A stretch of 64,000 nt of DNA, taken from NCBI GenBank assembly GCA_017961685.1, contig JAGCWW010000084.1, positions 8,450 to 72,449 on the forward strand, written 5' to 3'. The notes under the pieces were generated by a model. The model saw nothing but the letters and a program-made list of their open reading frames with translations. It was not told the DNA's origin and did not search any database. Of this stretch, positions 27,768 to 38,700 are shown in pieces (within the stretch, counting starts at the first letter, position 1; each line of letters begins with the position of its first letter). Source of the DNA: Acholeplasmatales bacterium (GTDB lineage: Bacteria; Bacillota_I; Bacilli_A; Acholeplasmatales; JAEDCM01). A program made the position numbers and the translations under genes.

Positions 27768-29661
27768 ACGTAAACTTAGAAGTCAAAGACCGAAAGCTCT
27801 TCTTGGTGCAGATGGTGCTTTAATGGCTGCTGCTATTGCATTGCAGACAGCAAATGATACTGCAAATACAATTCTTAATGTTCAGCAAGCAAAACAAAAT
27901 GCTAGAACTACTACACAAAATGCAAGACTTCAAGCTGATGCTATAGATAGACAAGCTCAAGCTCAAACTAGAGCTATGGCTCAGCAAAATGAAAATAATA
28001 ACGCTCTTCAACAGAAAATAATTGAAGCTAATAAAGAAAATTTTGAAGACCAAACAAATGTTCTTAGAGATATGAATTTAAATATGGCTATGGAACAAGG
28101 TCGACAAAATACTGAAACTAGAAGAGAAGCTGCTAAACTAATAGTTAAACATGGTGGTAGTGTAAGACGTAAACTTAGAAGTGCTAAAAGCTCCCCCGTA
28201 GAAGGGAATAATATGCCTTTTATTGTTACTGACGGTGGCGGAGTTATTCCTATTGCTACAACTCCTGAAGGTTATGATTTATATGAAATTGTAGGAAACG
28301 ACCATGAACATTATCATAAAACTAGAGGTGGTAAATATAAGTCTGGTGTAGGTTTTAAGTTTGCTAATGGTGGAACAGTTGAAGGCGAAGGTAATCAACG
28401 TTCTTCTACGGGGGAGCTAGTATTAGTTACACCTGATGACGCACTTTTTATTTCTAAACATTCTATTAAAGGTTTTAATCCTACAAATGCTGTTATGAGA
28501 GGTATGCATCCAGTTAAAGCTTTTAATGTTCAAGAATCATTAAAAAATGGTAATAATTCTAATAAAGTTTTTATTGCAGCATACGGAGGAAATATTTATG
28601 ACCAACAACCTGGTATAACTACAGATACAGTTCAACAAAGAACTAAACTTTTAGGTATGCCAAATAATGAAGATATAGTAAATGGTGGTTATAATATATT
28701 AAATGGACAATTTAATTCTACAGATTTGTCTAGAACTAATGTTATGAAAGCTAGACGAGGTTGTAGTATAAAAAGAACTAAAGCTATCGATGGAAAAGGA
28801 ATTAAACAATTAGGTTGGACTAGTTTAGGTGCTAATACTTTAGGAGCTATTGGAGGAACTGTAGCTAATATTCTCGGAAATAAGTGGATTACTAGTGCTA
28901 ATAATGAAGCTGCTGATATTTTAGGACAAGCTTATGATACTGCTGGTTCTCAAATGGCTGCTGCTTGGAGGAATAGAAAAGGTATTGATGAATCTATAAT
29001 ATCAGATGATGATTATCGTTATGATCCAGCTGTAGCGGTTATTAGAACAGCAAGAGTTAATAAAAATGCAGAATTAGAAGGTTTAAATAGACAAGAACGA
29101 AATGAATTAAATTTAGCTACAAGAGGTACTTTAAGTTCTGCTAAACGTAATATTTTAAGAGATAAAATCGCTGATAAATATAATGCTTTAAGAAGTAATA
29201 TATACCAACAATTAGCTAATGAGTCTGAACAGATTAAACAATCTAATGCTCAAATGCTTAATCAAATGTCTGCACAAAATGCTGAATTAGCACAAAGAAG
29301 TAGACAAGCAAGAAGTGAAGCTAGACTTAATCTTGCTAGATATAATAATGATATAGTTAATGAAAATATAATGGGAGCTGCTGATGCAGAAACTAGTGCT
29401 TTACTAAATAAAACTGGTGTTCAAGCTAGTACATTACAAGCAAATGCTAATTCTAGAGCTTCTATGGCTAGTAATATTGCTAATACTTGGAATAATGCTT
29501 TACAAAGCAGTATTGGCACTATGACTAATTTATATGGTGCTGCATTAGGTGCAGATTCTGATGTTTTAGATAAGTTTAATTTTAGATTATTTGGTAGAAC
29601 TAAATCTAAAAATGGTGGTTCTGCTAGACGTTTTAATCTAAAACAAATAAACGTTTATTAA
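27754..29661 (+). CDS. virion internal/ejected (cargo) protein candidate
   Basis: 635 aa with Q/A/N-rich helical N- and C-terminal regions. The peptide GGS.RR.L(K/R) recurs (KHGGSVRRKLRS, NGGSARRFNLKQ). Confidence 0.4.
   Translation: MAIIKRKLRSQRPKALLGADGALMAAAIALQTANDTANTILNVQQAKQNARTTTQNARLQADAIDRQAQAQTRAMAQQNENNNALQQKIIEANKENFEDQTNVLRDMNLNMAMEQGRQNTETRREAAKLIVKHGGSVRRKLRSAKSSPVEGNNMPFIVTDGGGVIPIATTPEGYDLYEIVGNDHEHYHKTRGGKYKSGVGFKFANGGTVEGEGNQRSSTGELVLVTPDDALFISKHSIKGFNPTNAVMRGMHPVKAFNVQESLKNGNNSNKVFIAAYGGNIYDQQPGITTDTVQQRTKLLGMPNNEDIVNGGYNILNGQFNSTDLSRTNVMKARRGCSIKRTKAIDGKGIKQLGWTSLGANTLGAIGGTVANILGNKWITSANNEAADILGQAYDTAGSQMAAAWRNRKGIDESIISDDDYRYDPAVAVIRTARVNKNAELEGLNRQERNELNLATRGTLSSAKRNILRDKIADKYNALRSNIYQQLANESEQIKQSNAQMLNQMSAQNAELAQRSRQARSEARLNLARYNNDIVNENIMGAADAETSALLNKTGVQASTLQANANSRASMASNIANTWNNALQSSIGTMTNLYGAALGADSDVLDKFNFRLFGRTKSKNGGSARRFNLKQINVY
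28193..28207 (-). repeat. YnTACGn motif copy
   Basis: CCCCCGTAgaaggga, inside ORF 27754..29661 where it is read as S-S-P-V-E-G. Confidence 0.9.
28402..28414 (+). repeat. YnTACGn motif copy
   Basis: tcttcTACGGGGG, in the same ORF where it is read as S-S-T-G-E. Confidence 0.9.
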
Positions 29662-29679
29662 TATTTAATTGTTACAAAT

Positions 29680-30945
29680 ATGCCTAGTAAACAATATAAT
29701 CTTGCACAAATTCCAGTAAATTATGCTCCTGGAGTTTATCAAGGGTTTTCTATGAATTTTAAACCTTTAGATGTAACACCTATTGCACAATCTCTTGATA
29801 AAATTGAAGCTAGAATGAATAGAGCTGCTGAACAGCAAACAGCGGTTGATGTTGCTTTAGCTAAAGTTGAAAGTCAACTTAATCCTGCTGAAAGAGAATG
29901 GTTTGCAGGATATAAACAAGATATTAAAAATCAAATTCAAGGAGATATTGATGCAGGTAATTTTGGTTCAGCTATAAGAAAAGCTACAAAACTAGCTGGA
30001 GATGTAGCTTCTGATAGTAGAATTATTGGAAGAATTGAAGCAAACGCTAAATATCAAGAAGAAATTAAAAAACAAAAAGATAGAGTAGCAAGAAAAGAAG
30101 TATCACAAGATGCTTTTAATTGGTGGCTTAAACAAAATGAATATAATTATGAAGATAAATATGATGCAGCAGGAAATGTTGTAAGCGGTTATGAACAGAA
30201 ATTTACTAATTTGTATAGTCAATTAAATATTCCTGGTCTTGCTGTTGCTGCAGTAAATATGATTAAACCTCAAAAAGGTAGTACATCTACAGACGGTTCA
30301 ACAACAGTTCATAATAATACAACTGGAGTTTTAACTAGAGGCGGTGAAACTTATAAACCTGGGGAAGCTATTAATAAATCAGGTCATAGGTCTACTTCTT
30401 TTGAAAAAATATCTAAGGATGATCTTATTGCCAATATGCAAGAAATAATTGCTCTTACACCTGGTGGTATAGAACAAATTGAACAAGAATATGCGGTAGC
30501 TTTAGACAAATTTAATGATTTTGTAAAACAATACGAAGAAGCTTATAATGCAGACCCTTATAGTGAAGAAACTAAGCGACTTGGACAACAATTAGAAAAA
30601 CGTAAAGACCTTTTATTTAAGAATGGTTCAGAAACAACCTATGATGATTATTTTGCAAAAGTTATAACAGATAATCTTTTTGCACAAAATCTTGCTTATG
30701 ATTGGCGAAATACATCTAGTGGTAATACTAGTTCATATTCTTTAAGTAGTACAAATAATCGAAATACTGGTGGTACCTATGGAAGTTCTTCTACTTATTT
30801 TCCTGGTGCTGTCTACAATTCAAGAACTCAAATGTTTGAAGCTCCTATGACTCAACAAAAAACTAATGCAGAAGAAATAGAAAGTGAAAATGTTGCGGCT
30901 AGTGATGGTATTTTAAAAGCTTTACAAGTTTCAGGTATTAAATAA
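29680..30945 (+). CDS. virion internal/ejected protein candidate
   Basis: 421-aa ATG ORF. Confidence 0.4.
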   Translation: MPSKQYNLAQIPVNYAPGVYQGFSMNFKPLDVTPIAQSLDKIEARMNRAAEQQTAVDVALAKVESQLNPAEREWFAGYKQDIKNQIQGDIDAGNFGSAIRKATKLAGDVASDSRIIGRIEANAKYQEEIKKQKDRVARKEVSQDAFNWWLKQNEYNYEDKYDAAGNVVSGYEQKFTNLYSQLNIPGLAVAAVNMIKPQKGSTSTDGSTTVHNNTTGVLTRGGETYKPGEAINKSGHRSTSFEKISKDDLIANMQEIIALTPGGIEQIEQEYAVALDKFNDFVKQYEEAYNADPYSEETKRLGQQLEKRKDLLFKNGSETTYDDYFAKVITDNLFAQNLAYDWRNTSSGNTSSYSLSSTNNRNTGGTYGSSSTYFPGAVYNSRTQMFEAPMTQQKTNAEEIESENVAASDGILKALQVSGIK

Positions 30946-30957
30946 AATTATATTATT

Positions 30958-32796
30958 ATGAGAATACAATTTGATAGTTACGAATATTTTGATGCTAATT
31001 CAAAAGATAGAAATACCTATATTGCTGGTACTAATCCTAGTTACCAGCAATATGCTTTTGATGCTGCTAAATATAAAGATTTAATAGCTCATCGTAGATA
31101 TGATGAAGCTGCAGATTATGCAGAAAAGTTTATTCCAACAGATATAAGTAAGCAAGATGCTTTTAGAAGTAATATTGAAACCTTACGTCGTACAGGTAGA
31201 CAACTTTCTGCCATTTACAGTAGAATAACAAATAAGGATGATTTAGCTCAAGTTGAATTAGCAAGTACAGTTTTTGAAGATGGAGGTCTTGAAAAACTTA
31301 ATACATTTGATATATCTGCTGGAAATTATAATAGGTATGCTAAAGAACTTATAGATTTAAAAGATTATATTGGTAGCTATCACGAGGGAAACAATACATC
31401 AGATAGTTATAGGAATGATAATCTTAAAAAAGTAAATACCATAGGAATTGTATTTAAACCAAAAGAAAGAAGATTTCTTGGTGTAGATTTTATAGCTAGA
31501 GATAATCCATGGAATGTTGAAGTATTTTATGAAAATCTTGGTATTTCAAAAGAAGAACTTAGAAATTCTGGTATACAAGTTATAGAACAAGACGGAAATA
31601 CTGAAATTAAATTTGATAAAAATCATCCTCTTGCAAATAAAATAATGTATGCTGTTCCTGATTTTTATGAAGGTGTAAATAGAGAATATGGTCGTACTCC
31701 TGCGGCTAGAAGTTTGTTTACACTAGGGGTTCTTGCTGGACATAATTATCAACCTTCTGTTGTACCATATGATGAAAATGGAAATAGGCGTGCAGATAAA
31801 GAATATATTACAAGTTTTAGCGGATTTAAAGATATAATAAATAACGCTAAAGATGCCAAAGATGCTGCTTTTAAAAAAGTAAATGTAGATGAACGTAATT
31901 ATTCTTCTACTGTTATTGCGGGAGTTAGTCCATTTTTAGACGAACTTAATGCTCAAGGTTTACCTGAAGAAGAGTATAATACTAAAGCTATGTTTGCTGC
32001 TCCAGAAATATTTAATGCTATTAAAAATTTTAATTCTGCAAATTGTGAAATTTATAGCAATATAAATAATAAAGAAGGAGATGAATTACTGATTCCTTTA
32101 GATAATGCTGATAGAAATGTAGCAGCAAATATTCTTAGTGGAGCTAAACCGAGTGACATGACACTTAATACTATGGTTTCTAATGGAAAAATTGGTCTTC
32201 TTGTTGGAGTTAATGCAAAATATGATAAAGACGGTGATTTAATACAAGAGCGACAACAATTTTTTATTACTGGATTAAAAGGTCTTACAGATGTTCTCCA
32301 AGAAAGAATTAATAAAGATACTTCGTCTAGAGCTACACAAGAAGCTAATAGTATGAATGATTGGGGCTATGAATATAAATGTCAAGACGGTACTATATTA
32401 AAACCTGTTGTTGATGGATTTTCTCGTAATGGCGAATTAATAACTAAAACTGAAGCAATTAGGGACATAAATCGTGATATGGCGATGAGAGATTTAAGTA
32501 GAGGAATGAAACTTAAATATACTAATAACAACGGACAACTTATAAATCTTGATGCTTATGAACGACAAGCTAAATATTCATCATTAGCTATTGCGGCAGA
32601 TTTATATAACGGACAAGTTATACAAACTGATAATACAGGTGATAATTTTGCTATAAATGGTAATAATTTTACAATATTTGATATATTTAATAAAAATATA
32701 GATACAAGTGTTGTAGATTGGCAAACAAATATAATACTGAAGGATATATATTCAATGTATGATAAAATAATGAGTGATTTAATTTATTATAAATAA
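30958..32796 (+). CDS. virion internal/ejected protein candidate
   Basis: 612-aa ATG ORF. Confidence 0.4.
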   Translation: MRIQFDSYEYFDANSKDRNTYIAGTNPSYQQYAFDAAKYKDLIAHRRYDEAADYAEKFIPTDISKQDAFRSNIETLRRTGRQLSAIYSRITNKDDLAQVELASTVFEDGGLEKLNTFDISAGNYNRYAKELIDLKDYIGSYHEGNNTSDSYRNDNLKKVNTIGIVFKPKERRFLGVDFIARDNPWNVEVFYENLGISKEELRNSGIQVIEQDGNTEIKFDKNHPLANKIMYAVPDFYEGVNREYGRTPAARSLFTLGVLAGHNYQPSVVPYDENGNRRADKEYITSFSGFKDIINNAKDAKDAAFKKVNVDERNYSSTVIAGVSPFLDELNAQGLPEEEYNTKAMFAAPEIFNAIKNFNSANCEIYSNINNKEGDELLIPLDNADRNVAANILSGAKPSDMTLNTMVSNGKIGLLVGVNAKYDKDGDLIQERQQFFITGLKGLTDVLQERINKDTSSRATQEANSMNDWGYEYKCQDGTILKPVVDGFSRNGELITKTEAIRDINRDMAMRDLSRGMKLKYTNNNGQLINLDAYERQAKYSSLAIAADLYNGQVIQTDNTGDNFAINGNNFTIFDIFNKNIDTSVVDWQTNIILKDIYSMYDKIMSDLIYYK

Positions 32797-32799
32797 ACT

Positions 32800-35700
32800 A
32801 TGGATATATTTAGTTTTTTAAATAATAGTGGAACAATACAAGTTCCTAATCCAAATTATAAGCCTAAGTCTAAAAATAACATAGAACCTCCTTATATAAC
32901 AGTACCTAGTATACATACTAGACCTAATGCTGCTGTTGAATTAGCGAAAGAATCTGGATTTAATCAATATAGTGTTACATCAAGTGAAGTAGAAAAATAT
33001 CGCAATTATGGTTTAAATTGGAATCCTAGAGATGCTGCCAATGGCAGTCTTGATAGACAACTAGCAGAATCACAGTCTGCTAGTTCTAAATTTATGCACG
33101 CCTTGGAGCAAGCTATTGTTTCTGAAGTTGGTATAGGTACATTAAAAGGTATATCTGATTTAATTGATGGTATAGGTCAAGCTATTGGAGCTTCTGACCA
33201 CGATTATTCTAATCCTGTTAGTCGTAAATTAGAAGAATGGCAAGAAACTTTTAATAATGATATAGCTCCTATTTATACTACTCCTGGTGTTGATATTAGT
33301 AATGGAGGATTACTTGATGCTGGTTGGTGGGCAAGTAATATTCCAAGTGTTATGTCATCACTAACATTATTAATCCCTTCTACGGGGGTTGTTAAAGGTG
33401 TTAGTTATCTTGGAAAACTTGCTAAAGTTGGTCAAGGTGCATCTAAACTTGGAAGAATAACAGCTAGTTCTGCAAAATGGGCTGCTAGAGCAACTAGATT
33501 AAGTAAATCCGCTGCTGCTCAAAAAGCTTATGCTGGACTTAGAAATTTAACAGAATTAAGTAGTGGTACAAAAGCAACTCTTGGAGTTATGGCTGAAAAT
33601 GGTGTTACTGCTCTTTTAAGTCGTACTATGGAAAATTATCAAGAAGCTCGTCAAACATACGATGATATGTATGAACATGCTTCTGATGCTATAAATAAAA
33701 TGAAGCCTGAAGAATATGATAATTTTCTTCGTAGAAATGCGTATTTCCTAGAAGGTGTTGATACTAATAATAAAGATGAAGTAGCAAAAGCTGTTGCAAA
33801 AGAGTCTGCTGATAAAACCTTTGCAATGGATTTTGCTAATATTGGTTTTGATATTCTTCAGCTTTATGCTCTTCGTAATATGACTTTTAAAGGTTTTAGA
33901 AATCAGCCTTCTAGAGCTTCTATTCGCAGAAAACATCTTAACAGTATTAAATATGCTGGTATGGATGATGCTGAAATTGCTGCTAAAAGAGCAGAAATGA
34001 GTTTTCTTGAAAAATCTAAAGATAAACTTGGCGATTGGTTTTATGGCGGTAGATTAGCTGTAGGAGCTCAACTTAGTGAAGGTGTTGAAGAAGCTGTTAA
34101 CTATGTTGCTCAACAAGAGGGCATGAATCTTGGTCATGTTATGTTGGGTGAAATTGAAGATAATACATTTGCTCGTAGACTTGCTGAGTATGCTAAAGCT
34201 CCTGGACTTTGGGAAAGTGCATTTTGGGGAACTCTTGGAGGTATTGTTTTCCAAGAGTTAGGTAGTGGTTTTAATAGAGCACAGAATGCTATTGCTAAAT
34301 ATAATGATAGAAAAAAGTATAAAGAGGATGCTAAAACTAAAGAAAAAGTAGAGAAACCTACTTGGAAAGAACTTTGGCAAACTCCTGAACTGAAACGTCG
34401 TATTGGAGATGTTGAAGCTAGAAATGGAGATTTACAAGATTTTCTTAATAAACTTGATATGATTGAAAATAAATCTCTTAATCCATATGAAACTGATGAA
34501 AATGGTCAAGCTAGAGGCATTTCTAATAACGAGAAACAAATGCTCAAAGAAAAAGCATATACTGATATGCTTAATAAAATGACTCTTAGAGCATTAGATA
34601 GTGGTAATTTTGATTTACTCAAAGAGTATCTTTCTTCAGATGAAATCAAACAAGTTATAATTAATTCTGGAGCTGTTTCTGCTAGTGATGCTACTAGATA
34701 CCAACAAGATGCTATTAAAAACATGGAAGCTATTGAGAAACAATATGATGCTAATGTTATAACTCTCAATAATCTTACCAAAAAACTTAATACTAATAGA
34801 AAAGAACCAATTCCTGTAGAATATATTCAACTTATTGCAAGAAATAATATTGAGCATCAACTTCAAATTAAAGATTGGGAAGCTCAACTTGCTGCTTGGG
34901 AGATTGAAGGAAATGAACAACAAGAACAATTTAGAGATAAACTTGACCCAAATGTTAATTATAAATCTGCAGTAAGACTTGTATTTCTTAGTAATCAACT
35001 TGGAGAACTAGAAAATCAAAAAAGAAAACTTCTTGCTGATAAGAAATTTATTAATAGTGTTTCTGGTCAACAAGAATTAGATTTTCTTAATAATCAGATT
35101 GAAGCAATTCGAGATATGATTTATAATCTCGAGCCTGATAACGCTGTTGGTAATCTTCTTTTTACAATTCAAAATGCTTTAGCTTATGAGAAAGATGATA
35201 CTGGTGTTGCAAGACATAATTGGACAAATGCTGATTATCTTACTTTCAGAACTAATATTATTGAATTAGAAAATACAGAAGATGCTGCTACCATTGAAAG
35301 AATTGATAAATATCTTGCAGAATTAGACCCAAGACTTGCTGGTGTAGGCAAAAATGATATTATGCGTCATAAACTTCTAGATGATAATATTCGAAGAGCT
35401 TATGATGATAACCGCGGTCTTACTAAAATATCTCAAGATTTACATGATACATTCTTTAGGATTGCTGATTTACAAACAGCTATCGCATTAGAAAGAAATC
35501 AAATTAAACTTACTGAAGATGAAGTATTAAATGAAGTAAGTGCTATTCATAATTTTTTAAATGAAGCTCGTAAAAAAGCCATCGATGATGCAAATGCAAC
35601 ACTTGCTGGTTTAGCTAAAACTTATGGCAGCGATGTTGTTCGTCAAGCTCTTTATGATAGATATCAAAATAATACTGTAAAAGAAGATTATTTTGGTACA

Positions 35701-38700
35701 GAAGGTAAAGCTATATCAGATGCAAGAACGTTTAATGATGCTTTAGATATTCTTAATCTTGATTCTGCTGCCAATAGAAATCTTTTTGGTTATATTGATG
35801 AATTACTTAAATTACAAGATGCTATTAGTGCTGCACAAGGAGAAAATTCTTCCACATCTGAAGAAACAATTTCAGCCACTCAAACTGAGCAAGCGGACAA
35901 TACATTATCAGAGCAAGTTGAAAGTGACACAAAGCAAAAGGAACAGATAAAACCCACTATTCCACAAAGTGAAACACCTTTACAAAAACAATCACAAACG
36001 AGCCAAAATGGAGTTATTACTCTTAAAGAAAATGGAGTAGAATATGCTACTCTTATTCCTAATTCTGATATAGATGGATCTTATACATTAAATATACTTA
36101 ATAACAATCCTTCTAGTCTTGCCTATTTAAATAATGAAGATTTTTATACAAAAGACGGCGTTAGTCTTACTGAAGATTACATTATTAGTGAAAAGCCTGT
36201 AGTTAGAAGAAATAAAGATGGCTCTCTGACCCCCGTAAGGAAAGGATTGATTATTAAAGCTAGTGAAGATAATATTGCTAAAGAAGAAGAAAAACAAGTT
36301 GCTCAAGCTGAAGCTGAGGCTGCATCTCCTTCCTCTACGGGGGGTGTTGTGCAAACTGAAATACCTATTGCTCCTATTCCTGTAGCTACTAATGTTGCTG
36401 CTACTAATGAATATGTTTCTAATCAAACTCAATCTAATGCAGATGTTGTTTCTGGTAATGCTGCTAATGAAATTGGAGCTGAAGTACGAGACGCTCTTAA
36501 GAAAGGTAGTGCTATTGATTGGAATAATTTAAGAGAACGAATGATGAATAAATATCTGCCATCAGCAGAAGATAAAGCAGATACTGAAAGATTAATTGAT
36601 ACTGCTATTCGTTCTTGGAAAGGAATATATGAACGCAAAATAAGTAATAAATCTAATGTTGTTGATGATGCTTTAGTTATGAATAGTTCTATTACTGAGA
36701 AAACTAGAACTAATAAAGCATTGCTTGACGATTTTTATAAAGCTATAGATAAACTTGTTGAGAAATATATAAAAGATGTTGCTGCTGACAAGAGTGATGG
36801 TAAATATTATGTTAGAGTAGAAGATTTACTTCGTTATTGTAATAATGCAACTGAAACTCAAACTACTGCTCAACTATTATTTAATAATCTTGTTGAATAT
36901 ATGAATTCTTCTGATAAATATATTGTTATTGATGGAAATTTATCAGATGCTATAAATAAAGCTAATCAATCTGCTCGTACAAGAATAAATCAATTAAGTA
37001 CTAGAAATGGACTTTATGGCATAAACTTTGAAGGCTTTGTTTCAACTCTTGTTGGTGATGATTTAAAGAAAGTTTTAGATGTTGTTAATAATCTTAATTT
37101 AGGAGATAAAATAGCATTTACTACTACTCCTTCGGGTATACGATTTACAGTAAATGATGTTATGATTGGTTCTTTACCTATTCCTAAAATAGGTAGTAAA
37201 GGAGAACATTGGCAATATAATGACGGTTGGAAAACTGATATTCTTGATGTTAAAGGAACTAAAGTAAGTGCTCTCAAAGATTTGTTTAAAAAATGGATTT
37301 TAAATCCTGATAATAACGTTGACATTCAAGAATTAAACGATATTGTTATTCAGGCTGCTTTTGATAAACTTGAACAATCAGATTTAAACAATCTTGCAAA
37401 ACAACTTTTAAAGAATAAAGAATTTCTTAAAGCCAAAAAAGCAGGATTTGTTTCAGATACTGCTGAATCTTATATATTATTAAATGGTCTTGCTAAACTT
37501 TGGGGATATACTCGTCAAGCTAATGGTCTTACTAAAGAAGAAACTACTGAACTTAGAGAACTTAGTGTAGACAAATGGTTTGATGATGAAGTTGCTCCAA
37601 GTTTTGATATGGCTGAGGCTCTTGCTGCAAAAGATAACGGAGAAGTTATAGTTGGAAAAATAAGTGAAGGAGAACTTATTAGAATTGACGATGAAAAAGA
37701 TGCTATACCAGTATTTGATGCAATAGGTGAAAAACATAAAGGACAAATTAAAATAGCTGCTGCAGAAAAAATAGGTAAATTATCTGTTGCAGGAAAAGGA
37801 ATAAATGGTCAAATATCTTTAGATTATATAGGTATTGCTGGTGGTATTGGATATGGAAATAGTATAGTTGTAATTCCTTCTAGAAGTGGAAATCACGGAT
37901 ATGTTCACGCTTTTCCTCAACCTATTTCATCTAGTCAATTTACTCCAAAAATAAAAGAGATAGTTGCTGCTGTCTTTGCTGAAATAGATAGAATTGGAGA
38001 AGAAGGAACAGTAGACGAAATATATGATAATTTAGAAAAATTTATTACTTATTTACTAAATAAACCTCGTAATGCAAATACTCCTTTATTTAGAGTTCTA
38101 GGAGAAGGAATTTCTATTTATAGAGATAGAGCTACTGGAGAAAAATTAGGTTTTAGTATTGTTTATAAGAAAAGAAATAAAGATGGTTCAGTAGTAAAAC
38201 ATATTGTAACTATAACAAATAAAGGTAGAAAAGATGGTAAGATTTATAAAAGGTCTGGATTAACAGCTTTTGTTGATGGAACTCATATTTCTGATAATAC
38301 AAAGGAATCAATTAATGCTTTAGAAGATTTTATTAAAAAACGGGCTGTATTTAATATAGGCTTTAATTTTATCAATTCAGACAATAATACATCATTACAA
38401 TTTAATAGTTTAGCATATAGAGATAAAGATACTGGAGAATTTATTATAGAAATTCCCAATCAAGGAAAATTTACTTTTGATTCTTTTAATAGTTTTGTTA
38501 TTGATAATAATTTAATATCTTTAACAACTAGACCTGCTCCTGACGGAACTAATTATAGAAAAGGTGCTAGTGTCGGTAATCAAGCTGCTAATCAAGTATT
38601 GAAAGTAAAACTAAAAGTTGACACATCCACCCTCGTAGAGGAAGGTAATAATGAACCTCCTTCTGCTACACAAACCACTGTTGCTAAAGTTTTAGATATT

